From an uncultured Gemmatimonadales bacterium (GTDB taxonomy: Bacteria; Gemmatimonadota; Gemmatimonadetes; Longimicrobiales; RSA9): 64,000 nucleotides of DNA. Below, piece by piece: positions 28,528-36,926 of this stretch (positions are counted from its first letter, which is position 1; each line of letters begins with the position of its first letter). Both the position numbers and the translations under genes were made by a program. Under the pieces are notes generated by a model. It worked only from the letters and a program-made list of their open reading frames with translations, ran no database searches and had not been told where the DNA came from. The stretch lies in NCBI GenBank assembly GCA_963816355.1, contig CAWFKH010000004.1, forward strand, positions 320,001-384,000, read 5' to 3'.

Positions 28528-30537
28528 CTACGGCCGCGCCGCGCCCCCGGGTACGGCGGCGCGGGCACGGCCCATCGCGGGCACCTTGTGGCAGACGTCG
28601 CACTGCCGCTCCGGGTGGTGGTCCGTCTGGGCGGCGTGGCAGGCGGTGCACACCTGGCGTGTCCAGTGGTCGATCGCCGGCACCGAGCGGTGGCACTGCA
28701 CGCACGCCACGTGGTTCTCCCGCTTGTGAGCGGCGAGGGCACCGCCACGGTGACACGCGAGACACGACGTCTGCGGCTCGTGGTGCTGGGCGTGGCAGCC
28801 GTCGCAATCGAGGCCCCGCGCGCTCATGCCGGGCGCCACGTGGCAGGTGGAGCACTGCACGTTGGCCGCGAGGTGAGGCTGGTGGGTGAAGTCGCCGCGC
28901 GGCAGCGTGTACGTGGAGGTCGGCGCGCCGCCGGGGCCGGCGTGACAGCGCGCGCAGTTGAGCGGCTGCACGGGCGGATGGTGGCAGCCGTCGCACGCCG
29001 CGGCCGATTTCAGCGTGATGCCGCCGTGATTCTCGAACGGCGTGTGGCACTGGCTGCACTGCAGGCCGCCGCCGAGCACGTGGGCGGTGTGGTCGAACCT
29101 GCGGCCCTGGAAATTCCCCTGCTGCCGCTCGACGCCGAGGTGGCACTGCAGGCACGCGTTCTCCGTGACCGGCGGCCCCAGGTCCACCTTCGGCACCGTG
29201 TAGGGCAGGCGGCCCTGCCGCACCGCATCGCGCACCAGATCCAGCGACGCGCGCAGGAGCTGGTCCGCATAGACCACGTTGTGCGCCCCCTTGCCCACGC
29301 GTACGAACTCGACGTTCTCCGCGGCGAGCCGCAGCAACGTGTCGGCCGCCGCCCGCCGCGCGAGCGGCACGGTGGCGGCCGCGGCCTGCGCGGCCCGCAC
29401 GACCGGGCGCACCGCGCTCACCTTGCTCTCCATTCCCGCCACCCAGCCAGGCAGCACGTTCGCGTAGCGGATGCCGTGGCAGGACAGGCAGGACGCCTCG
29501 CCGGCGACCTTGACGGTGTCGTGGCCGGCGAGTCTGGCCGGCTCGTTGTGACACGCGACGCAGGAGACGCGCGCGAGGTACATCGAGCTCGGCATGCGCT
29601 CGACGCCGTGGCCGCCGACGCCGGCGAAGAGCCGCTGCTGGTCCTTGTGGACCTGCTGGTGGCAGCTCTTGCAGTCGAGCTCGATGTTGGTGGCGAGGGA
29701 GACGATGCGGTGCTCGATCGGCGTGTGGCACTGAACGCAGGCGAGGTTGTGCTGCGTGACGTGGACCGCGTGGAGCATCGTCGGCTCGTTGAAGCGCGCG
29801 AGCCGCTCGGGCTCGTTGTGGCAGCTCACGCAGCGTGCCTGGTCTGCGCTGCCGTCGCCGTGCGTCACCTCGCTGTGGCAGGAGAGGCAGTCAATGCGGT
29901 CCTTGACGTACTGCGGATGGTCGATGACGAAGCCTTCTTGCGACGTGACGCGGGGCGGCGAGGGGTGGCAGCCGGTGCAGCCGGCGATGGGCTGACCGGC
30001 CGAACGGCCCTTGAAGTGGCAGAGGAAGCAGGTCCCTTCCGTGACGGCGATGTGCGTGCCCTGCACGATCTGCGAGTGGCAGCTCGTACAGTGGAGCTGC
30101 ATCCCGCGGCGCACCTCTCCCAGGTGCTGCGTGTGGTCGAAATGCACGCCGTGGAAGTCGACGCCGCCCTCGATCAGACGGCTCGAGTGACAGCCGGAGC
30201 GGAGGCACGCCGCGTCCTCGATCTCGGCCCACGGGCGCGTCCCGTACGCACCGGTGAAGTACTTCACCACCATGTTGGCCGCCTGGATCTTCGTCATCGC
30301 TTCCGCTTTGACGCCGGGAGCGATGTGGCACTTGATGCAGGCGACCTCACGGTGGCTCGACTTCGTCCAGGACTCGTAGTACGGCTGCATGATGTGGCAC
30401 GTGTCGCAGAACCACGGCTGGCTCGACACCTGGACGAAGCCGACGGTGCCGACGGCAGCGACGATGATGCCGAGGATCGTGACCGGGACGAGGATCCGGC
30501 CGATGCGGGAGAGGCGACGGCGTACGACGGGTGACAT
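28528..30537 (-). CDS. NapC/NrfH-type membrane-anchored multiheme cytochrome (21 CxxCH + 1 CX4CH)
   Basis: N-terminal TM, SSQPWFCDTCHIM (CxxCHxM), YYESWTKSSH..VACIKCH, CLRSGCH. Confidence 0.92.
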   Translation of the reverse strand: MSPVVRRRLSRIGRILVPVTILGIIVAAVGTVGFVQVSSQPWFCDTCHIMQPYYESWTKSSHREVACIKCHIAPGVKAEAMTKIQAANMVVKYFTGAYGTRPWAEIEDAACLRSGCHSSRLIEGGVDFHGVHFDHTQHLGEVRRGMQLHCTSCHSQIVQGTHIAVTEGTCFLCHFKGRSAGQPIAGCTGCHPSPPRVTSQEGFVIDHPQYVKDRIDCLSCHSEVTHGDGSADQARCVSCHNEPERLARFNEPTMLHAVHVTQHNLACVQCHTPIEHRIVSLATNIELDCKSCHQQVHKDQQRLFAGVGGHGVERMPSSMYLARVSCVACHNEPARLAGHDTVKVAGEASCLSCHGIRYANVLPGWVAGMESKVSAVRPVVRAAQAAAATVPLARRAAADTLLRLAAENVEFVRVGKGAHNVVYADQLLRASLDLVRDAVRQGRLPYTVPKVDLGPPVTENACLQCHLGVERQQGNFQGRRFDHTAHVLGGGLQCSQCHTPFENHGGITLKSAAACDGCHHPPVQPLNCARCHAGPGGAPTSTYTLPRGDFTHQPHLAANVQCSTCHVAPGMSARGLDCDGCHAQHHEPQTSCLACHRGGALAAHKRENHVACVQCHRSVPAIDHWTRQVCTACHAAQTDHHPERQCDVCHKVPAMGRARAAVPGGAARP

Positions 30538-30540
30538 CGG

Positions 30541-31866
30541 CTATTCCTCCCGCACCTCCCGGCCCGGCCCGGCGCGCCGTAGGCTGCGCAGCGCGAGCCA
30601 GGCGAGGGCGACGGCGGAGAGCGAGAGGAACCACACGGGAAGCAGCAGCAGCTTGTGCTCCCAGCGGTGCTCGGAGGAGGTCTCGGCGGCGGAGCCGAGG
30701 TCGACCGACACCGAACGCACGTGGCGCCCGAGATCCTCGAGCCGGTCGAGGTCGAGACTGTGTTGGACCTGCTCCATCTGCAGGTAGTAGGTGAGCGCCG
30801 ACTGATAGCGGAAGCGATAGTAGCCGACGCGCTCGCCCGCCACCGAGAGCTGGCCGATCGCCCGCTCCGCCGAGCCCATGTCCGCGGCGGCCTGCGCCAC
30901 CGTCCGCTGCAGGTCGACCGCCGTCTGGTGGATCCGCGTGTCCGCGGCATGGCACCCGTCGCAGACCGCGACGATGCTGTCCGCCGCCACCCGCTCTGTC
31001 CGGTGGTTGCTGTGGCACGCGGTGCAGCCCGGCAGCTTGCCCGCGCGCGCCGCGGCGCCGTGCGGCCCGCGCGAGAACTCCTGATCGACCAGCGCGTGAC
31101 ACTGGCCGCACACGCTCGCGATCTCCGTCACCTTCGGCGGCAGCGCGGAGTGGGCGCCGTGGCAGGAGATGCACGTGGGCGCGGCGAAGTTCTGCTGCTG
31201 GAAGAGCGCCACGCCGTGGGCGCTGCTGCGGAACTCCTCGAGCTGGTCCGTGCGCAGGTGGTACTTCGCCATCAGCGCGTCGTCGGAGTGGCAGCGCGCG
31301 CACGTCCGCGGGATGTTCGTCGGGTAGACGCGGCTGCGCGCGTCGTAGGGCGGGTAGATGATGTGCGTGCCGTGGCAGTCGGTGCACGTCGGTGCGTTCG
31401 TGTCGCTGCGGCCGAAGAGCAGCTGGCCGTGCCGGCTGGTGCGGAACTCCGCGAGCTGGCCCGTGGGCAGGCCGTACTCCCGCATGCGGTTCGGATCGGA
31501 GTGGCACGAGCCGCACAGCCGCGCGGTCGCCGCCTTGTCCGGCGCGCCGATGTAGTTGCGCGTGTGCGCGGCCGGCAGCGTGCGCACCGACGCGTCGCCG
31601 CCATGGCAGTCGACGCAACGTACGCCGTTCTCCGAATGCACACCGGTGATCGCCGCCTGCCGCTGCTCCGCGTGACACGCCAGACAGCCGTTCGCCGTAT
31701 CCGACGCCGCCGCCGCGAGCGGCGCGGGCAACGCCTGCGTCGGCGCCAGCGAAGCGCCGGCCGCTGCGGCCGGCACCGGTGCCGAGGCCGCGAACAGCGC
31801 CAGTGCCGCGAGCAGCCACCCGGCGGAACGGCCGCCGGGACGCGGTGCGGCGATCACGCGCCTCAT
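30541..31866 (-). CDS. 9-heme c-type cytochrome with helical stalk and C-terminal TM
   Basis: 9 CxxCH counted; signal peptide; TM LLLLPVWFLSLSAVALAWLAL. ATGA overlap with cytochrome b. Confidence 0.92.
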   Translation of the reverse strand: MRRVIAAPRPGGRSAGWLLAALALFAASAPVPAAAAGASLAPTQALPAPLAAAASDTANGCLACHAEQRQAAITGVHSENGVRCVDCHGGDASVRTLPAAHTRNYIGAPDKAATARLCGSCHSDPNRMREYGLPTGQLAEFRTSRHGQLLFGRSDTNAPTCTDCHGTHIIYPPYDARSRVYPTNIPRTCARCHSDDALMAKYHLRTDQLEEFRSSAHGVALFQQQNFAAPTCISCHGAHSALPPKVTEIASVCGQCHALVDQEFSRGPHGAAARAGKLPGCTACHSNHRTERVAADSIVAVCDGCHAADTRIHQTAVDLQRTVAQAAADMGSAERAIGQLSVAGERVGYYRFRYQSALTYYLQMEQVQHSLDLDRLEDLGRHVRSVSVDLGSAAETSSEHRWEHKLLLLPVWFLSLSAVALAWLALRSLRRAGPGREVREE

Positions 31867-33179
31867 CGCTCACCTCCCGTGGGCCGCGCGCCGGCTCCCG
31901 CGCTGTCCGACCGCGGCGGCGCGGCCGCCGGCGGCGTGGCGGTCGCGGCCGGCGCCGGCGCGGCGGACGTCGCGGGCGCCGTCGGTACCGGCGCCTGCAC
32001 CGGCGCGAGCTCGCCCGTGCCGGCGATCGGCACGGAACGCAGTTGCAGGCCAGCGATCCAGGCGAGGGCGAAGCCGACGAAGAAGAGGACGCCGAGCGCC
32101 GCGACGGCGGGGCGTCGTCGCAGCCGCCGCTCAGGCCCTCGGTCGAAGAGCGGGAGCAGCGCGAGCGCGGCGCCGAGCAGGAGGAAAGCGCCGAAGCCCC
32201 AGCCGCCGACGTAGTAGATGAGCGCGCGCGAGACGTCGGCGACGACCCAGGTCGAGCGCAGGAAGCCGGGCGGGCTGGCCGGATCGGCGGGCAGCGCGAT
32301 CTCGCGCGGGTGCAGCACCGCGACCGTGGTGACGATCGCGATGACGAGGACGACGACGATCACGGACCGCAGCAGGTGGTGCGGAAAGAAGGGCATGCCG
32401 TCGTGGTCGCGCTCGGTGGTCGACGGCAGGTGTGCGGGCGGTGCGATGCCGTGCTTTCGCAGCAGCGAGAAGTGGAGCACGAGCAGGCCGAGCGCGAGCC
32501 ACGGCAGAACGATCACGTGGATCGCGAAGAAGCGGCTCAGCGTGGCGCCGGAAACGATCGGATCGCCGCGCAGGATCCCGGCGGTGGCGCCGCCGACGAG
32601 CGGCACGCGCGCGACGACGTCGAGCCCCTCCGTGACCGTCCAGTAGGCCCACTGGTCCCAGGGCAGCAGGTAGCCGGTAGCGCCGAACGCGAAGATGACG
32701 AAGAGGAGCAGCAGCCCCATGAGCCAGTTGGTCTCGCGGGGCGGCTTGTAGGCGGCACTGAAGAAGACGCGGCCCATGTGCAGCAGCGCCGCGACGACGA
32801 CGAAGTTGGCGCCCCAGACGTGCACGTCGCGCATGAGCCAGCCGAACGTGACGCCGGTGACGATGTGCTGAATGCTCGGGTACGCCTCCTCGGCCGACGG
32901 TCGGTAGTAGAAGCTCAGGAGCACGCCCGTCGCCACGAGGATGATGAAGAGCAGGTAGGTCACGCCGCCGAAGAGCTGGCGCCATCCGGCGTGGCGGGAG
33001 AGCCGGTAGCGCATCGCCTTGCGGTACGCCTGGTCGATCGGCAGGTGCCTGTCGATCGGTCCGTAGAGCAGGCCCACGAAGCGCAGCAGCGCGAGGAGAC
33101 TGGCGTCCGTGCTCGCCTTCAGATCGGTCCAGAAGCGGCCCGCCCACGCCGCCGGTGCCCTCAGGGGATTGCGACTCAT
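31863..33179 (-). CDS. Cytochrome b of Rieske/cytb type (fused b6 + subunit IV-like), PEWY motif degenerate
   Basis: RDVHVW..LLHMGRVF, YKPPRETNW, TGYLLPWDQWAYW, TLSRFFAIH..VLH, PFFP; LRSTWV at the PEWY position. Confidence 0.93.
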   Translation of the reverse strand: MSRNPLRAPAAWAGRFWTDLKASTDASLLALLRFVGLLYGPIDRHLPIDQAYRKAMRYRLSRHAGWRQLFGGVTYLLFIILVATGVLLSFYYRPSAEEAYPSIQHIVTGVTFGWLMRDVHVWGANFVVVAALLHMGRVFFSAAYKPPRETNWLMGLLLLFVIFAFGATGYLLPWDQWAYWTVTEGLDVVARVPLVGGATAGILRGDPIVSGATLSRFFAIHVIVLPWLALGLLVLHFSLLRKHGIAPPAHLPSTTERDHDGMPFFPHHLLRSVIVVVLVIAIVTTVAVLHPREIALPADPASPPGFLRSTWVVADVSRALIYYVGGWGFGAFLLLGAALALLPLFDRGPERRLRRRPAVAALGVLFFVGFALAWIAGLQLRSVPIAGTGELAPVQAPVPTAPATSAAPAPAATATPPAAAPPRSDSAGAGARPTGGER

Positions 33180-33646
33180 GCTCCCGACCTCGCGACGTAG
33201 ACGATGCCGTTCCGGACGAACACCGGAAAACGCTGCAGCGGCACCGTGGTCAGGCCGCGGACGACGTTGCCGTGGAGGTCGTAGACGATGTAGCTGCACG
33301 GCGACAGCACGCGCAGCGAGGTCGGATCCCAGCGCAGGATGCAGCCGTCGGTCGGGGCCGTCCCCTGCAGCGCTACGAAGCTCCCCTCGTCCGTGCGGAC
33401 GACCAGGATGATCTGCTCGCCCCAGTCGACGACGCGGCTCGCCTGCACGGGGAAATCCGCCTCGCGCGCCACGCGGAAGGCGGGTTGCAGCTCGGAGAGC
33501 TCGAGGTGCTGCGGGGGTAGCAGGTAGAAGAAGACGGCCATCAGCAGGCCGACGACCATGAGGACGACGATGCCGCCCAGAAGGTGGTCGCCGAACCCCG
33601 CCTCCCAGGCGTCGACTTCCTGCTCCGGCCCGTCCGTTGTCTCCAT
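33176..33646 (-). CDS. Membrane-anchored Rieske-fold protein lacking 2Fe-2S ligands
   Basis: TM, then FVALQGT-APTDGC-ILRW...SPCSYIVYDLHGNVVRG...PL, which aligns to CxHxGC / CPCHGSxY. ATGA overlap with cytochrome b. Confidence 0.85.
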   Translation of the reverse strand: METTDGPEQEVDAWEAGFGDHLLGGIVVLMVVGLLMAVFFYLLPPQHLELSELQPAFRVAREADFPVQASRVVDWGEQIILVVRTDEGSFVALQGTAPTDGCILRWDPTSLRVLSPCSYIVYDLHGNVVRGLTTVPLQRFPVFVRNGIVYVARSGA

Positions 33647-33885
33647 GGCGCCACTTCCGAAAGAAAGGCAACGCGTCGGCGACCACGTGGGCCGCATGCG
33701 CACCGCGTCGGCGATCGCTCGCCGCGACGCGGGTCCCTCCCAAGGCTGGGCTCCCCCTGCCGCGGATGCAACGGTGTTGCGCGGCCCCGCACCGCGCCGC
33801 CCACCGGGGCCGGCGCCGCGGCCGCTCCCACCCGGCGTCGCCTCCAGCCGGAGGTCGACACAACTTAGCCGGCGTCAGGGACGAA

Positions 33886-33926
33886 GCTGTCGGGAGAAAC
33901 CCGAATGTCTGTCGGGCGCGATCCGG
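33886..33926 (-). promoter_or_regulatory. Tandem boxes upstream of cytochrome operon 2
   Basis: Palindrome TCGGG-AGAAA-CCCGA (33890-33904) and TCGGG-CGCGA-TCCGG (33912-33926), 22-bp period. Confidence 0.5.
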
Positions 33927-33965
33927 ACGGACGGCTGAGCGCCGCATGGCGCAGGGCCGCACGGC

Positions 33966-34922
33966 TCAGCGCCGCAGCAGCGACACGGGGCCCTTGAAGC
34001 TCTGGACGGAGATGCGGGCACCGTTATACGGCTCGAGCGTGAAGCGGAGCTCGCGCCCCGCCAGGTCGCGTGCCGCGGTAGCGCGGGCGTCGCTCAGCTC
34101 GTTCAGGATCCGACCCTCGTAGCTGCGCACGACGAAGTCACCCGCGGTGCCACGGGGCAGGTGCAGCTCGATCGAGCCGCCGTGGCTCAGGAAGTCGAGG
34201 CTCGCGCCCGCCGGCGGCACGCCGTGCCAGCGAATGTCGCCGTCGACCGACTCGAAGTGCCCGCGCCGGAAGCGGCCGCCCGCCAGCTCCAGGCCGCCGC
34301 TCACGCTCGTCGCGCTCGCGTCCTCCGCGGCGCACGTCAGCCGCACGGCGCCGCTCGCCGTCCTGACGCGCAGGGTGGTCGCGCTGCCGGAAACGTCGAT
34401 GTCGCCGCCCATCGACTCGGCGCTCAGCACGTGCAGCGCGCCCTCCACGTGGATCGCTCCGCTCACCGAGTACGCCTCGAGATCGCCGGCGAAGCCCGAG
34501 ACCTCGATCGAGGCGGTGCCGCTCTTGATCCAGAGCTGGCTGCGCCGCGGTACGCGCACCTCGAGATCGGCGCCCGCCGAAGGGCCCGCGTCGCCTGGCG
34601 GCACGTCGATGCCGCACTTTACGCCGCTGGGCGTGCCGCCGCAGAAGAAGTTCTCGCTCGCGGGCACCGTGCCGGTCACGGCCACGCTGTCGCGATCCCA
34701 ACCGAGCACGTGGACCGAGCCGGCGAGGTTCCACACGCGGATCAGACCGGTGGGCGCGAGCGGCCGCCGCGCCTCCACCCTTCTGAGCGCCGCGGTCTCC
34801 GCCTGTCCCGCCGCCGGCGCCGGCGTCGAGACCGCGATCGCCACGGCCAGGATGGAGGTGATCGCCACCGCCGGCCCGAGCCGGCGCACCCGAGGATCGT
34901 TCTGCATCGCTTCCCCCGTCAT
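33966..34922 (-). CDS. DUF4097 family beta-strand repeat protein
   Basis: Signal peptide; repeated S(V/M)xG-x-I units; typical partner of ECF/anti-sigma pairs. Confidence 0.85.
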   Translation of the reverse strand: MTGEAMQNDPRVRRLGPAVAITSILAVAIAVSTPAPAAGQAETAALRRVEARRPLAPTGLIRVWNLAGSVHVLGWDRDSVAVTGTVPASENFFCGGTPSGVKCGIDVPPGDAGPSAGADLEVRVPRRSQLWIKSGTASIEVSGFAGDLEAYSVSGAIHVEGALHVLSAESMGGDIDVSGSATTLRVRTASGAVRLTCAAEDASATSVSGGLELAGGRFRRGHFESVDGDIRWHGVPPAGASLDFLSHGGSIELHLPRGTAGDFVVRSYEGRILNELSDARATAARDLAGRELRFTLEPYNGARISVQSFKGPVSLLRR

Positions 34923-35626
34923 GACGAGCCGTCGCGCGCGCGGCGCAGCAGCTCCAGCTTCTGGTCGTAGGCGAACAGCACCATGCGCCCGAGGCCGGCG
35001 TCGCCGGGGTCGCGCACGAGCGCCGCGCGCGACTCCGCGATCGCGCCGTCGATCACCTCTAGGTTCTGCCTCAGGATGCGGAGCGTCGTGGGCGAGAGCC
35101 GTCCCGGCTGCCGAAGCACCGCGCGCTCAAGCTCGCCGATGGCGGCGCGGTAGCGGTCCTCGGTGCCACGCAGATCGACGAACGATTGTGCGCCCAACCG
35201 ACCTTCGGAGACCCCGGCAACCCGGGAAGTCGCGTTTCCGGCCGCGGCCGCGGGTCCGGCCTGCTCCGCAGCGCCGTTCGATCGCAGGACCGCCCAGCGC
35301 GTGACGCTTGCCGTGAGCGCGACGAGCGCGACCGCCGCCACGAGCAGAGAGCGTCGGCTCCATCGGGGCGCCGAGCGCGCATTCAGGCGAGCGCGGATCC
35401 CCTCGCGAACCCCGGGCGGCGGCTCGATCGCGCGCGGCAGGGCTCGCACGTCGCCGCGGACGCGCCCGATCCACGCGACGTCGGCCGCGCAAGTCGGGCA
35501 GCCCGCGAGGTGCTCTCGCACGGCCGCGCGCGCTCCGTCGTCTAGCTCGCCGTCGACGTAATCGTTCAGGGTCGCCTCGGCAATGTGTGGCCCCGGCCGG
35601 CCCCTCTCTTCGTCTTTTTCCCTCAT
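34919..35626 (-). CDS. zf-HC2 anti-sigma factor with TM
   Basis: LNDYVDGEL..EHLAGCPTC (HxxxCxxC), then a TM. ATGA overlap with the sigma gene. Confidence 0.88.
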   Translation of the reverse strand: MREKDEERGRPGPHIAEATLNDYVDGELDDGARAAVREHLAGCPTCAADVAWIGRVRGDVRALPRAIEPPPGVREGIRARLNARSAPRWSRRSLLVAAVALVALTASVTRWAVLRSNGAAEQAGPAAAAGNATSRVAGVSEGRLGAQSFVDLRGTEDRYRAAIGELERAVLRQPGRLSPTTLRILRQNLEVIDGAIAESRAALVRDPGDAGLGRMVLFAYDQKLELLRRARDGSS

Positions 35627-36141
35627 TCTCCGTAGCGCTCCTTCAGCAAGCGGCGCGCGCGGTGGAGCTGTGCCTTGGCGGTGCCGGGCGCGATGCCGCA
35701 CAGCGCGCCGATCTCCTCGTGCGTGTAGCCCTCGATCTCGTGCAGGACGAGCACGATGCGGGCGCCGTCCGGCAGGCCCGCGATCGCCCGCTCGAGGTCC
35801 AGCTTCGCGTCCACCGCCCGGTCGAGCGATGGCGTCGACGGCGACTCGACCGGGTCGATGTCGTCGAAGAGGTCGACGCGGCGGCGCTTGCGACGTCGCC
35901 ATTCACCCAGGACGACGTTGACCGCGACGCGGTGCAACCAGGAGGAGAAGGCGCTGTCGCCGCGAAACGAGTCCAGCCGCTGCCACACGTGCACGAACAC
36001 GTCCTGCGTGAGAGTGCGCGCTTCCACCTCGTCGCCGGACATGCGCAGGCAGAGCGCATAGACGCGGCCGGCGCTCTCCTCGTACAGGCGGTCGAACGCA
36101 CCCGGATCCCCTCTCCGGGCGCGCCGCACGACATCGTTCAT
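35623..36141 (-). CDS. ECF RNA polymerase sigma factor
   Basis: GDPGAFDRLY, LTQDVF, FSSWLHRVAVN, EGYTHEEIG..GTAKAQLHRAR. Start uncertain. Confidence 0.93.
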   Translation of the reverse strand: MNDVVRRARRGDPGAFDRLYEESAGRVYALCLRMSGDEVEARTLTQDVFVHVWQRLDSFRGDSAFSSWLHRVAVNVVLGEWRRRKRRRVDLFDDIDPVESPSTPSLDRAVDAKLDLERAIAGLPDGARIVLVLHEIEGYTHEEIGALCGIAPGTAKAQLHRARRLLKERYGE

Positions 36142-36216
36142 CGGCGGCCCGGGCGGAGCCGCGGCTCGCAGCGAAGCAATCGCTCCCCCTCCCTCCCGCC
36201 CGACGCGGTGGGGCAA

Positions 36217-36813
36217 TCAGGACCGGCTGCGCACGGCTGGCCAGAGCGCGATCAGCGCGAGCGCCGCGGCCGCGGGCCATGGCACGGAGCCCCGCCGGGG
36301 CGCGGGCTGCGCCGGCGCGGCGACGTCGCCGCCGAGCGCTCCGAGCGCCGCGTCCACGTCCGCGCGCGTCGCCTCGTGCGGCACGATCCACCCTTCGCGT
36401 ATCTCGTGCGGCACGCGGACGGAGGCGAGCGTGCCGTCGTGGATGCCGACGAGCGCGGTCGCCTTCGAATCGGGGCCGGCGGTCATCGTCGCGACGACGA
36501 CCCATGGACCGTCGTCCGGCAGCGACCCGCGCACCGCCCACACGCCGGTCCGCGAGGCAGCGCCGACGTCGAGCGACACCCGCTGCCGCGCACCGCCGCG
36601 GATCCCCTCGGCGTATGCGGCCACGGGATACGGCATCACCTCGCCGTGGTGGTAGGTGTGCACGACCACGAGCGCATCCCGGGTCGCGCGATCGAACGGA
36701 TTCGCGGGGTATTCGACGGACACCCACGGCGGCCCGGCGAGCGCCGGCGCGGCGGTGAGCAGGGTCGCGGCGAGCGCGAGGGAAAGCGAACGACATGCGG
36801 GGATGCGGTCCAT
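36217..36813 (-). CDS. Exported hypothetical protein with C-terminal membrane anchor
   Basis: Signal peptide ending ALA-GPPW, GGAGAGG RBS, C-terminal hydrophobic tail followed by RSRS. Confidence 0.7.
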   Translation of the reverse strand: MDRIPACRSLSLALAATLLTAAPALAGPPWVSVEYPANPFDRATRDALVVVHTYHHGEVMPYPVAAYAEGIRGGARQRVSLDVGAASRTGVWAVRGSLPDDGPWVVVATMTAGPDSKATALVGIHDGTLASVRVPHEIREGWIVPHEATRADVDAALGALGGDVAAPAQPAPRRGSVPWPAAAALALIALWPAVRSRS

Positions 36814-36926
36814 GCTCCACCTCTCCATCAGGGGCCGGCCGCCGCGCGTACGCGGAGGCGTGGACCCGTTCGGGTCCGTGCTGGCCGTTTCCAGGGACGA
36901 GAGGTCGCCGGCGCTCTCCACAGTAG

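Noticed and set aside
24829..31866. NrfA/HAO-type catalytic cytochrome
   Set aside because: No CxxCK motif and no recognisable catalytic signature; treated as electron-transfer proteins.
33290..33370. Rieske ligand loss as a frameshift artefact
   Set aside because: Flanking Rieske residues and both disulfide Cys are in one frame; the other frames contain no CxH boxes.
33647..33885. Riboswitch or ncRNA in the long leader of operon 2
   Set aside because: GC-rich hairpins are possible but no family is recognisable by eye; an Rfam search would be needed.
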